Made by a program: the position numbers and the translations under genes
Notes under the pieces: model-generated
The model's input: the letters and a program-made list of their open reading frames with translations, nothing else
Told to the model about the DNA's origin: nothing
The model's database searches: none
In this document: piece by piece, positions 9,769-22,628 of the stretch
Layout: the number at the start of each line of letters is the position of its first letter
Numbering within the stretch: position 1 is the stretch's first letter
Source: Paraglomus brasilianum
Taxonomy: Eukaryota
Length of the DNA: 34,145 nucleotides
Direction of reading: 5' to 3'
Assembly (NCBI GenBank): GCA_910592345.1
Contig: CAJVPI010000344.1
Location: forward strand, 1 to 34,145

Positions 9769-11725
9769 ATGCCCTCCTCCGACGAAGAAATAATCTCTAA
9801 ACGGCAACGTGTTAAAATAAAGCCACGCCCGATAATCCCAAAGCCACGACGCGCGCTCGCAACCAGTCAGTCCAACACACAGACGGAAACGGCTAACGAT
9901 TCAGGAACGGAGAAACAGATCAAACAGAGCAGTTTTTGCGAGGACGACGACGAAGATGGATTCTTCACAAAGAAGACGTTTACATGGAAACCGACAGCTG
10001 AAGAAACAAGTTGGTGATCGGAATTCGGGTAGGCAATCGGTTATTGTATCGAATGCACAGGAAACTTATAATCACTTTTGCACATTTTAACAGCAGAAAA
10101 CAATACTCTTGGTGAAGAGCAAACAGTAACTGACGAGACGGTAGCGGGTAATAGGAAACAGAGAACCAACGGACGCAAGCATCGTAGGAAGTTTGACTGG
10201 ACAAAATCGGTTGATCAAATTGTAATTGATTGTGATGAAGCTAGTGATGACAATCTCTCGTAGGTTAATGAATGTTCAATGTTAAGATTAATTTAATATC
10301 GACATACACGTTGACAATGCTAAAGCAAATGTTGATTAGTGATATCTCAGATGGAGTTGCAGAATTAATATCGATTACAAGAAAGCAAAAGAAAGTAAAC
10401 GATGCTATGGATGTAACAGTTGAAAGGGTAACAGTAACACCGCCTCCGATGTTGGATCACCTTGCTGTCCGATCGAGTATGAATGGGTTACAGTAAGTCT
10501 GCATCTTGAACAGGTTACCATATTCTTTCGTGTAATATTTACATAAATGTCTGTATCTATCACATATTCAATACAATCGACAATATGGAAAACCTCAAGC
10601 CAAGCTCTGACACAATACTCGGAAAACCTTAGGAGCACGTCAAATGAGCTATTATCAGACGTATCGTGTTCCCAGTTCGACACGGAGCTTGATCCTGGCC
10701 TCATTTCTCTCGCTCAACAAGCGAAGCGGAAAGATGTGCAGAATCACGAAGGAGATAAAGTTCGAGTGTTGGTCAGACTTGTCTACCATCCTGAAACCGT
10801 TGTTGACGATCATAATAGAGCGGCAATTTCTCAGTATGAAAGACCGATGATATTTATTATGCGCCTTGTGAGTATTTTGGTGTGAGCGGAGTAGGAAAGT
10901 AGTAGCGACAAATCCGCAAGATTATTAGTAAACACTAGCGAACTTGCAGACTTGACCGGCACGTTCATTTAACCACCTTGTTCTTTGTTCGATTGCTCGT
11001 AGGAAGACAATTTTGAGAAATTGATAACACACTTTTGCGAGGCCAAGAAAATTCAAAAGCAAGATTTAGTCATTACGTACGACGAAGTAAAAGTGTTTCC
11101 ACGAAGTACGCCGGCAAGTCTAGGGATGAATAAATACGCGGAAATAGGTTCGTACGAAAGTTGCGTTAGTTATCATTGCATAGTCACGTTATCCCACAAG
11201 AGTTGATTCTCGGCTAACCTACTACTCTCTCACCCACTTTGCTCAATCCCGGTTTCACGGTCTACCTATTCTGATTATTTGTTGCTCGTAGTCGCCTTTG
11301 AGAAAACGATATATGATTATCTTCAACTACAAAAAGCAGCCGAACGGGAACGAAAGTTAAAAGAAACCGAGCTGCTCACGTCCGAGTACGACACGCCAAC
11401 TCCAGTTGACGACTTTGAGGAACAGATAGAAGACATGTTACATTTAAAGTTGAAGAGTAGAGACGGTTCAGTTGAAAAGCTAAAGATGAAACGAGTAAGT
11501 AGAGTTCGTGCTTTATGGACAATGCTTCGCTTACTTATGAATGTGTATTTGCATTTTTGCCAGTCCGAAATCATCAGTACCGTGATTGCAAAGTATAGAT
11601 CAATTAAGAAATTATTACCGGGTGCGCAAGTTCAATTGACGTTCGAGGGAGAGCTGTTAGATCCATTGCAAAAGCTGGAAGATACCGAATTAGAAGACGG
11701 GGACATGTTAATGGTGATGGGGTGA
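9769..11725 (+). CDS. Esc2/Rad60/NIP45-like protein with two C-terminal SUMO-like domains; exons 9769-10009, 10094-10259, 10340-10492, 10600-10867, 11003-11147, 11292-11494, 11564-11725 (445 aa)
   Basis: Charged low-complexity N-terminus, then FEKLITHFC...YDEVKVFPRSTPASLGM and LHLKLKSRDG...VQLTFEGELLDPLQKLEDTELEDGDMLMV, with no terminal di-Gly. The exon phases are consistent. Confidence 0.85.
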
Positions 11726-12180
11726 TTATTTATTAATAGAAGAGCTTTGTATGGCTGATTGGATGCTATTAATGTTGGGCAGTGCGTCTGTGCATAGCGA
11801 CACGCGATGTGTTGCAGTATCTGTGATGATGGGGTGGATGGTATTTGGCGTGTTATTGTGTACAACACGATGCCGATTGTTTATTTGGGATCAACATTAT
11901 GTCATACTTCGTATCGGAGCATTCAAATGTATTTCTAATACCTCCTCGAAATTGATGTTAGCATAGTTGAATTCTTTGTCTATTAATCAATTCTCAAAGT
12001 ATATTAAAGCAATATTTTTGGGTTTATCATCTACGACAATACTACTTTACTATTAATAGCAAACAATGTTCGTTTGACTGCAGGAAGGGCAAATAGAAGA
12101 TAATAATTTGTTCCTCCCCCTTGATATTAAAAACTTCTCTTTCCCTTAATCATGAGATTAAAAAAAATCTCGATCGAACA

Positions 12181-12580
12181 TCACATCATCCCGAATCCTC
12201 CCCCAGCGGCCTGTTGTTGCTGCCCCTTCTTGGCGACAGATTCACTGATTTTTGTATAAACATCCCAGAACTTGGCAACACATCTGTCGATACATACTGA
12301 TTCGCCTTTGTTTAGCTCTGGTTCGATGTATTTGGGTGGTATACATTTCTTATAACAAGAATCCACTATACTGTTAGATAAAGAAGAGAACAAGTGAATA
12401 GAACGTGGGAATAACATCCGAAATGCATTGCATTAACCGCGTAATTTAATCAGACATCCTCAATCGTTATTACCGATGATAGGTGTCGGTTATCATCTCC
12501 ATTTCTTGTTCCACTATGGCAACATTTTGGGGATTAACTGTCTGGTTCGCTGCCGAACCGCCAAATGGAAAGAATGCCAT
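12181..12580 (-). CDS. TIM10: Mitochondrial intermembrane-space chaperone Tim10; exons 12580-12474 and 12370-12181 (98 aa)
   Basis: MAFFPFGG...EQEMEMITDTYHRIVDSCYKKCIPPKYIEPELNKGESVCIDRCVAKF has the twin CX3C motif and the Tim10-specific L.KGESVC.DRCVAK signature. Confidence 0.95.
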
Positions 12581-13551
12581 GGTTTGTTATTAATAGTTGT
12601 TAAAATTTTTTTGCAAGTCTGTGTGTATGGTAAATGAATCACGTGAATTAGTAATGCATACGCTATACGCTAATGCATGTCCCACCCTTAAACCCCTGTT
12701 TCGCCTGATTATTGATAAGCTCCGTTATAACGGGGGGCAGTCATACAAACGTATGAGTAAGTTTGGTTTTTCCAAGTTCAAACAATTCTACTTGCGTGAC
12801 TTCATGTGAAGTTTTGGTAAGACGGGGAATTGAAACACTAACGAACAAAGAAAAAACTGTGAAGGCAGTGGACACGGGACCCGAATCCAATTGAAATTAA
12901 TGGAAATAATTAGAAAGTAATAAACATGATATGAATTCGGAATATGTGATGTTCTTACAACAAGTTCCAATCGACCAAGAAGGGGCGTTTTTAAATGATA
13001 GGACGAAACATCAGGGGGTGAGGGTCAGAGTTAAACTTGGCAAGTCCAAGTTGGTCGAATGTGTGCAAGACTTGGTAACAGAAAGGAAAAACGAGTAAAG
13101 GCAGATTAATTAAACAATGGGGGCTGGGGCTTAGTAATATAGATCAAACAAGGTTAGTAATTGTGATGATGGCTTGTTCGCAATGCAAAAGTGTTTCATA
13201 GTCACCTCGCGACATTCCATTGGGCGATCATCAATTAAAATGGTATTGTTTCCGAGACAGATTGCAGGCTGAGAAACGATCGATGGAAGGAGCGAAAGTG
13301 CAATGAACAATGAAGAGAACAATGGGATGCTTGTACGAGAAACACGCGTGAATAATAAACAAGGCCACGGCGTATATAACGTTGCGACGATCGAGTGAAA
13401 CGGGCGGGAGTGTACAAGATTGAAAAAAATAATGTTGCGTCACTACAAGATACAACGTCTGTGTACATATCGTTTAGAACAGAGTTTTTCTGACAATATT
13501 AATAATGTACGCCATTTAATATTATATGGCAGTTACTGCTAATAATAAAGC

Positions 13552-13573
13552 ATGACGTCATTGTTATAACAAT
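13552..13573. promoter_or_regulatory. Candidate composite element: CRE palindrome abutting a palindromic pair of HMG-box sites
   Basis: ATGACGTCAT overlaps ATTGTTATAACAAT. Motif match only. Confidence 0.3.
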
Positions 13574-14032
13574 ATTCTACACTTATGGAAGACAAGACAT
13601 TTCAAATCGGGAAATCGCTTCGATAATTTGCTGGATACCTACAAGATTATTATTATTCCTTGCATGTCAATGATCTTCCAATTTCAAATAAGCAACAAAG
13701 AATTTCGAATTCGATCTACTGCATTTCCCTGTACAATGCATTATTCGTTCATTCTTCCAAGACTCGCGACAACGGACTTATCGAGAAGGAAACAAGATGC
13801 ATATCATTGACACGTAACAGAACTGAACGCATATTAAACCAAAATGATGCGAATGATGTCAAAACGATCATTTGTAATTTGTTCTTTTATTGCATTGTTT
13901 CGCATAGGGATTCTCTTTCTTTTTTTTTGAATTCTTACTAACTGTGGAAAAGAAGGAAATGGGTTGTAAATGATATCGGTAAACAACAGGAGCAGCTATA
14001 ATTGATAAAAACAACAACACAGAATAAACACC

Positions 14033-14068
14033 AATGTTCGAACTAACGTTCGAACTAATGTTCGAGAC
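14033..14068. repeat. 12-bp tandem repeat, three copies
   Basis: AATGTTCGAACT AACGTTCGAACT AATGTTCGAGAC. Confidence 0.8.
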
Positions 14069-17000
14069 AATGCTAGTTACAAGGACATGTATTACGTTAT
14101 AGAATACAATTTATATTATATGCGTTCTATCGTATCGAATTCTTCGTATTATTGCTTTTCCATTGTTTTCTGTTTTACTAAATTGGTTTTAATTTCTACT
14201 AATCGAAATAACAAGATGCTCGGCATGTTTTCCGAATGACAAAGAACTTGTTCAAAGAACTACAGATGAAAGTAATTATAGTAAAAGCTTGTAATAGATA
14301 AATAAAGGCAAGAAAACAAGTCGAGTGTAAACAACGCAACGCATAGATTAATTACATTTGGTAGAACGTCTTTGATGTAATTGGCATGTTTGTACGAATT
14401 GCAAGACTTTACTAATAAATTTCACATACTCAACAATGTCCACCTAGTCGCAGATTATAATGCGTAATACTATTATTTAGAGTTGTTGTAATTGTAATTG
14501 TAATAGTACTAGTAATAGTAACATTGGACGTAATTGTAACCATATTCATTTCAAAACGAAACGCGGAGACTATTTATCATGTCGAAAATAACAATTCCCT
14601 CATTGTCCAGATCCTGTTGCATTTCATATGCGGCTTCTTTACCTTTCTGCAAACGCCAGCCTACAATGACGCTACAAGAAAGGCAAAAGAATACACCAAT
14701 AAGTGAATTATACGATGACAGCGACTTTTCATTTGTAATGAATTATGATGCAAGGAGTAGTGTGAATGAGTCGAGAAACAGCAGTGAATGAATACGTCTA
14801 TGCTAAATAAGCAATTCTATAATAAATGCAAAGGCGGACGTATATCCTCTTTGTTTATTTCTGCGTACTATAAGCAACGCGAAACCTGATAACATGCCTG
14901 CTGTGTGCAGGGGGTCATCGGGGGAAATAAGTAATATTAGAAAACTGCGTGTCGAATGATTTCACGTGATTCGTATCACTCCTACTAACCCGGCCGTGTC
15001 ATACAATACCCTAATTTCCCAATGACTCATCTTTAGTTAAGAACGACAAAACCGTGCAGAATTATTGTCACACAGATTTTCCTCTACAGCCGAAATCTCC
15101 CAATTAATAGATAGAGTAATATCATTGATCTGAGATGAGATTAATTGGCCTTAAACAGAGAAATGAACAAATAGCAACCAGAACATTTTCCAACTGCATC
15201 AGATCTGCGTCGGCTCAGTTCCAATAATTGGTACACACCCCGACGAGAAAGGCATCATCGAAAGACCGAGGACAATATTCCCACAATTGAGTTTATTCGA
15301 ATCTGTTGTTGTGATTGCTTAATTTGGCCATGTTACGACATCATATCATGCTTGTGCATTCTGGAAAGTTAATTAGGTTTATGGCTTACAAGTGCTGGCG
15401 TCGATGAGTTTCCGTTATCGGGCGTGAAATACATTTATTTGGATGGTGGAAGAGGGTGGAGGAAAAATATTGCATGTTGACAATAATGACGAACGAATCT
15501 TGATCTTAAAAGCGCCATGTGCGTAAAACGCCATACGACGTTTTGAGACTCTTAGACGCCATTAAATGACATCAAAAGTTATTGTCGAATCTAGGGCAAT
15601 GGGGAAAGGGGGGGAGGACGAACGATAAGAAGGAAAGAACAACAATAACGTCATTGAGGTAATTGTAAAAGGCGTGCGTGTATACTTGCAAGTAAGTTTT
15701 TTCTTAGCGAATTGATAAACAATTGCGGTATTAATATGCAATCAATACATTGTTGTCGCAATATAGTAATTGCAGATGAAGGACCAGGGTAATCGTTAAT
15801 CCAGACTTTATAATAGAGTGACGAGATTATACTCACCCGTTATTCCGAGCTCATTGTCTATGACCAAGAATAGTATGAGAAATCGGCTTGATCTTCTAAT
15901 GCGTTGATGAATAGAAACAGGATCTAGATCTCTTTTTTATCTATGCATCAACCCCCTTCCACATTTCTCTCTCCGAGATAGGCAAGCTTAACTAATAAGA
16001 GACGGGATTTTCCACTGAGGAAATCAATCACCATCTCTCATTTCTCTTTATAGAATGGATATTGTCCTTATGCTCATCTCATCTATGCATCTAACCTTTT
16101 TGTTCAAATGTCTGATTAATTTCAATGATTATCCGCACAGAAAGTCGGTTCTATGCCTTTTACACTCACCTCGTTAGGAAATGTGGAGAACGTGATCCTA
16201 TTGATCGATGCCAGTGCACTAATATGCACAAGGCCCTATATTCACATGAGTGGCTAGACAGTTGGAAAACAAATGTATTCTGGGTTTGGTAAGTAACCGT
16301 CTAGACAAGAAGCAATAATGTACAGTCTGTACGGAATTTTCGATGATGGGAAACGTTCAAGATGATGTATTTTTATATACTAGCGCAATTAAATATATAT
16401 ATATCTGGTTAATAGTAATTTCGCCCAAACAGATTTTGGTTGGTTACTTGCATTTTGTTATGTGTTTGTTTTGGCAATATTTAACTCGTAGTCATTTGAT
16501 CGAAGGTTTGTTGTTTGCGGACAAGACCATAAGCAGAGACTGACCGCCCTTGACGATCGTCATCGTTACTTTTCGTTATTGCCTTATCTTAAGCATATTT
16601 CGCTCAATTTGGGGACAAAATATGCACGAAAGGTGTAAAAATAACATCCTATTGTTATTTAGGGAAATGCTTGCGTGTGTACGTACGTTTGCTTGTTGTA
16701 CTCCCTTTAGAACAAGTAGGTGCTGTTGGACAATTTCTAGCTTTCGCTCATGCCATTCTTATTATAGCCTGTTAACACTTTGCGACATGGCATCATATCA
16801 CGAACCGAGATAAATTATTAATTAATTATTAATGCGGATAGACTAACCGACACAATTGATAATTTAACAAAACTGTTTGTAACAGTTTGACAAGCTAAAG
16901 AACCTTCTTTCTTTCCAGTCAGTCCATTATTATTCCAAGAGATGTATCTGCGACATTTAATATTCCGCCTATTACACGAACGACCGATATAACAATAACC

Positions 17001-17513
17001 TAAAAATAGTCTGCCGATTGCTAGATCATAAAACGAAAGAAAGCAACATTACGTATATTTACTTGTGCTCTCTTTCGCAATTTGTATATTGTTTCAGCGC
17101 ATAATATACTGTTACGCAGCAATCGATATGAGCGGTTGAAATAAGAACACCAACTAAACAGACTCAGAGTCACAGTCAGCAGACCTTCGGAAAATTATGG
17201 GTAAATGCGACAAATCAAGTTGCGTAATTTATGTAGTGTTTCATATATAATTATTCAGAGTCCGAAATACATTTTACTTTAACTTTATGCAATTTTTGGA
17301 TTGCACAAAGCCTTCTAATACAAATATGGATCTCCCAACATTTATATAAAGCCCCAAGGAGGATGCTTTTTGCTGGAATAAAAAAAAATATAAAAAATAA
17401 TCGTCAATATATATATATAAATATATATTATATATTATACATATACCTATTTTTTTTTTCATCACAAACACATAGATTCGAATCATTAACTCTCTTGCCG
17501 CCTTCCTTTGATC

Positions 17514-18485
17514 ATGACATCTCAAGATTTGTCTACTCAAGTACGTCCGCTACGTTTTGTATATGAACAAGACATGAGTGAAAAAGCTCATGGACGACGA
17601 CTTACCGTACAGGAACTGCTCACCGACGGAAGTCATAACACAAATATGAACACCACAGTCCATAATAAAGTTACGACGGTACATCAACATAATCCCAACT
17701 ACCATTCAACGTATCCGTCACAAAGTCGCATCAACGTAACTCAGCATCAACACAACCACTTGTCAACGCGGGACGTTGATTCAGAGAACACTTCGTATCC
17801 GCAGCATTTGAATATTCCCGATAAGCCAGATTACCCACAACTGTTGACTCCCTCAACGTCACCATGTATCAATAAACCAGGCAGAGAGAGGAATTATGGA
17901 AGTAACAACAATCACCATAGCGACCGCAACGACCACAATCATCATAGTCCAATAAACTACGTTAATAACCTAAGCCCTCCTCCTACACATCATGCTCAAG
18001 CTCATCACCATCTGCCAACTCATCCTCATACGCCCGCACCCACTCCTACCCCATACTACACACCCATGCCACCCACACCTCTTCCGATGGATGACAATGG
18101 TGGCATGACAATATCATTGTCCGAACGACGCGAGCGTAATAAACTAGCCTCGGCCAAGTATCGTAAAAAGAAACAAGTACAAAATCAAGAAATGTCTGCT
18201 CGCATAAACGACATGAGTTCTAAAATAAGCTCGTTGAATGCCGAAAATTCAATGTTGCGAAAACAATTGGAAGAAATGAAAGTAGAAAATCAAGAATTGA
18301 AGGATGCCGTCGATAAACTAAAGAGTAAGATAGTTGAAGATAAAATACTAAAAAGATTAGGAAGAGCGGGAACAACGGGAAAGATTGGAAAGATCGGGAC
18401 AAGGGTTACTATACCGAAGAGGGGAAAAGGAAATAATGGAACGAATGGCACCGAGCAGACGCCGCCGACAGAATCAGATGAATAG
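17514..18485 (+). CDS. bZIP transcription factor, intronless (323 aa)
   Basis: Basic region ERRERNKLASAKYRKKK followed by heptads (M..I..L..L..L/M..L), after an N/H/P-rich low-complexity N-terminus. ATG at 17514; TATA-like TATATAAA near 17343. Confidence 0.93.
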   Translation: MTSQDLSTQVRPLRFVYEQDMSEKAHGRRLTVQELLTDGSHNTNMNTTVHNKVTTVHQHNPNYHSTYPSQSRINVTQHQHNHLSTRDVDSENTSYPQHLNIPDKPDYPQLLTPSTSPCINKPGRERNYGSNNNHHSDRNDHNHHSPINYVNNLSPPPTHHAQAHHHLPTHPHTPAPTPTPYYTPMPPTPLPMDDNGGMTISLSERRERNKLASAKYRKKKQVQNQEMSARINDMSSKISSLNAENSMLRKQLEEMKVENQELKDAVDKLKSKIVEDKILKRLGRAGTTGKIGKIGTRVTIPKRGKGNNGTNGTEQTPPTESDE

Positions 18486-21400
18486 AATAAGGAAATAAGG
18501 AAAAAAAGGAAGAAAAAAAAAAAAAGAAAAAAAAAGAAAGCAACACAAATTGTGTATATCATCGATCGAATACGGACGTAGGAGACTATGCAAAGTTTGA
18601 TCACGAGTCACCCTTACCAACCCCCTTTTTAGAAGAAGAAAAAGAAGAAGGGAGGGAAAAAAAAAGGATCGGGTGGAAAAAAAAAAAAGGTTGCTCCGCA
18701 AGGAAAGCAGGGAGAAAAAAATGGGGCACTATTGGTGGAAGACCAAAATGAATTAGTTATTAAGTAATTAAATAATAGTTTGTGAATAAGGTTTCGTACG
18801 CCCTGTATATTATTTGTATCTATTTAGTTTTACTCCACCTCTATAAAATCCCCCCAAAGCAGGCTTTTCACTACGTCTTCAAACTCTTCTTCTAAACCTA
18901 TATTAAACTGAGTTTATATAGTAGTAAGTACCCTAAATCAACCTTACTTGGCCCCAACCCTAGCTCCAACCCCAACCTTTCCTTCTTCTCCCACTCTCCC
19001 TTTTCTTTTCCCATTCACTTGTAATTTTATTTTCAATTCTTTTTACTTTTTGTACAAAAAAACTCTGTGAAAGAAACACTTGTTCATATATACATTACAT
19101 ATACTTTTATTTTCCTTCTCTCTCTTTTCCCCTTTCTTTCGTTGTCTATTTTTTGCTGATTGGAAGATATAAATAAAATGGTAAAGGTTTAGGCGTTTGT
19201 AAAAACGTAAATGTAAAATGGTTGCCAATATTATGAGTGGATTAAACGTACTTATGGTAAGTAATAGCAATTAATTAGAGACTAATATTGTTTGTCAGTG
19301 ATTAGTGAATGAAACATGAAGTGCACTTTCTTTTCTATTCCAGTATTTGATGGCTGCACTAGAATGGCATCAAATGACCTCAACAAATTCCATTTTTCAA
19401 AAAACACGTTCCTTTGTGACCCCGCCAAACAGCTGAAACACCGCTTTTTTTCCTACAATGATCACAAACAATGGGGTCGTTGACCATATCGAGCTGATTA
19501 GAGTATTAATAATCTGGGCTGTATAATCTAAGTTTATATCCAAATGAAACTTAATAGACGTATGACACTAAGCCCCGTGTGGTTAATGTTTATCGTGTAT
19601 GTATGTGACGTTTTCTCCCCTAATTGCTGTATTTGCCCGTCCCAGCTATCACCAAAAAAATCAAAGTTCGTACGAAACGCTTGTAACACGTTGCAAAAAA
19701 AAGATTTCGTCTATCAGCATATTCGCCCAACATTTTATTGCGTATTACCAATATTAATATTAAATTGTCACAAAGGGAATTTCGGTAATTACAAACAAAT
19801 CATTGCAACTATTTTGTGTCTTGAATGGGCGAGCATCACTGCCAGTGATTGATTTGTGGACAATTACTAATAATTCTGTGTCTAACAGCAGTCGGTTACG
19901 TACTCCCCGACATTCCCAATCCAACAAATCTTTTATATTGTCAATTCCCATAATTGGTTTTTGATTTTCTCAGGTAATACTTTGACATGAGACTTGAGTG
20001 GTCATCAGAAAATGGGGAAAACTGCTTATTCCCGGGTTAAGTAACATTTGTCACTACTAACCGCCGTAGTTGTCAAAAACTTCATACTTTTAGTGTAAAT
20101 GTCTAGTATTAATATTTTTATTTCAAAATATTTTGATCGCGGCACGGAAATAACTGGAAAATAATTTGATTTGCTAGAAACAATTGCAATGCGTGGAAAG
20201 TGAGTAAAAGCCTATGCTTGCATTCATCCCCCCATTGATTCGGTGGCTATTTCCCGAGAATTTAGTTTACAAGCCCACAGCTCTATATCAACGATTTCTG
20301 CTCGCTGAGACATTAGAGGTGGGGTCTAGATTCATGAATAAAGTCGGTACGTGTGTTTTACATGTCCGAGAACGGTCCGATTGGTAATGGACGAAATTTG
20401 CGTTCACTAATCATTATTGAATGATTTGCCTCCTCTTCACTGTTTTTGTAGTAAACCTCGGTCATCAATGTTTATTAAGCGCAGTATGCGTTTATGGACT
20501 TGAGACACAGTTGGCTCCTGAACAAACAGAGACTTGTAAAACAACGCATCTCGATCCAAGATGCTATTGTAGATTTTGGTTGATCTACATCATTATTATT
20601 ATTGGGATCATTCTGCATCATTATTGGGATCATTTACGTCATTGATGCGCATATTTAATGCATTTTTGTGCTAAAACCGCTCAACAAAACGATGACCTAG
20701 AACATTGAGGACAGCTGCAAGGTACGAAGAATGAGTTAATGTTGTGTCGGTTGGAGAAGCTGGGGGGCGAAAGGAACACAACGGTGAAAACGGAGAAACT
20801 AGAGCGCGGAAGGAAGAGACAGATGTGTGGAGGGAATGGGAGAGAAAGTCAGCAAGACTAATAGTAATGTTAGAGAAGTAATAGTAATAGTAAGGGAGGT
20901 GCCAACGACTCGGTGATGCAACCGCCGAAAACGGACAGGCTTGGTGCAGTATGTTATTGGGAAAGCGTACATTCGAAGGACTTGTGAATTAACTTGTTGA
21001 CCTTGATTTTTATTATCTTGTGAAATCATTTCATATATATTCTTTCGTGTGCCAATATTCTATTAACTCATTTTCATTCTTAATGCAGATTGGATATCTT
21101 GCTTGTCCTCTTTGTTTTGTTAGTAGTTGGACCTCTGGTAAGTCATATATTTACTGCATGCTTGCCTGATCGCACTCTAACTTTTACCCTCGCTTGTCCA
21201 TGTATTGTAGTTGTCATTGGTCGTTACGAGACGTAAAGTATTATGAAATCTATCACCGTGATCCTGTTATAAAGTAAGCAATTTCTTCTTTCAGAAAGGA
21301 ATCGAACTATTCAGCCAATCTTTAGGTTGACATAATAGTATTACTATGTATTCGTAGCACATCGGGAACGGTACTATATGAGCGGATTACTATGGATTAT

Positions 21401-22523
21401 CCGTGTAGCACCTTTATCCTCGCAGTACTACTTCAAACTGTAAAGGTTGGGTCGACATTATCATCAATCATATGAACTAGAGAGGTCGGCAAGACTATCT
21501 CTGCGTGTGTCAGACCGAACGTACTGAATAGAAGCGGGACTTTGACAGAATTTGGTTGAATCAGACACAGAAAAACCACTCAGCTGCAAATAATATGTGG
21601 CCTGGATTAACATGGAAATTCCAAGGACATTTAAGTTAAAATCTAAGGAAGCAAAGTAACGGTTTGCGTTATCCAACTTGTTATTAATTTCCACTTACAG
21701 TAAGACCTGTACAGGAAATGCAAGCAAGCGTATCCCCTACTCTCAACCATGATGAATTTGTTTATGGGATCGTTTCAACTGGACTTTTCTCTGTCGTGGT
21801 AATAGACGTAAATGTGCTCTTGTATCTCTACCAGCCTTAACGTTAAATGGCGAGTGAGAATGTTTGAGCGAACTGCATAAGGACAAGATCTTGGTGAATT
21901 ATTCGTCATACGATAGATGAAATTCAAGTATTTCACCCGGATTAGATGTAAACGAACATTTTCATGGATTGTAATCTGTTATCTTATTATGTAATAAACT
22001 GATCTCTTTCCAGCATATCATCGTACGTGTGTCATCTTCGCACATGATAAATTGTAGAGGTTGAAGATTTCGCGTTGTCAGTCTGAATTTTAAATGTGTT
22101 CTGCCTAGCTGATTGGGTGCGAGTACTTTACTCATACTTTTACAAATCCTACATTCCAATGGCAGATACGTAAGATATATAGTCTTATCCCACGTATAGT
22201 GCAATTATTTACTATTTCTCGATGAAGGATTAGTATGGTTTGCAATAAACGGACAAAACAATCCCTATCATTTGATCTTAATTATCTTTAATATTAATGA
22301 TTTTGTATAGACAACTGTTGTGGGTCATAGTGATCAAAGTTTCTACTTGCAAATCCTACATAATAAACTGCTAATGAACAATTTGGTTATCCCGATTGAT
22401 AATTGGAGGATTTCGTTGAGTTTCTAGTCATCTACAGTGACTTTTACTATCTTAACAATACAATTCACACAACGTACCGTTGGAGTTTTTATCAGCCCAA
22501 AGCTAAAATTATATCAAAAATAG

Positions 22524-22628
22524 TATATAGAAAACTCGATAAGTTGGCTGGGCAACTTATCAAGGAATCCGACAATAAAAGAGTAGCAGTAGAGAGATTT
22601 TGTCCGACTTATCGAGTTTACCTATATA
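22524..22628 (-). mobile_element. Internally deleted copy of the MITE at 27545-27740, opposite orientation
   Basis: Ends TATATAGAAAACTCGATAAGT / ACTTATCGAGTTTACCTATATA are inverted repeats. Internal TGGCTGGGCA and AGAGAGATTTTGTC are reverse complements of segments in the 27.6-27.7 kb copy. Confidence 0.8.

Noticed and set aside
12747..12761. AAACGTATGAGTAAG, similar to part of U12 snRNA
   Set aside because: The adjoining GGAAAA branch-pairing context and the remaining U12 sequence are absent.
13131..16813. Numerous 60-93 aa ORFs between TIM10 and the bZIP gene
   Set aside because: Many use non-ATG starts, none has a recognisable domain, and I found no consistent splice model.
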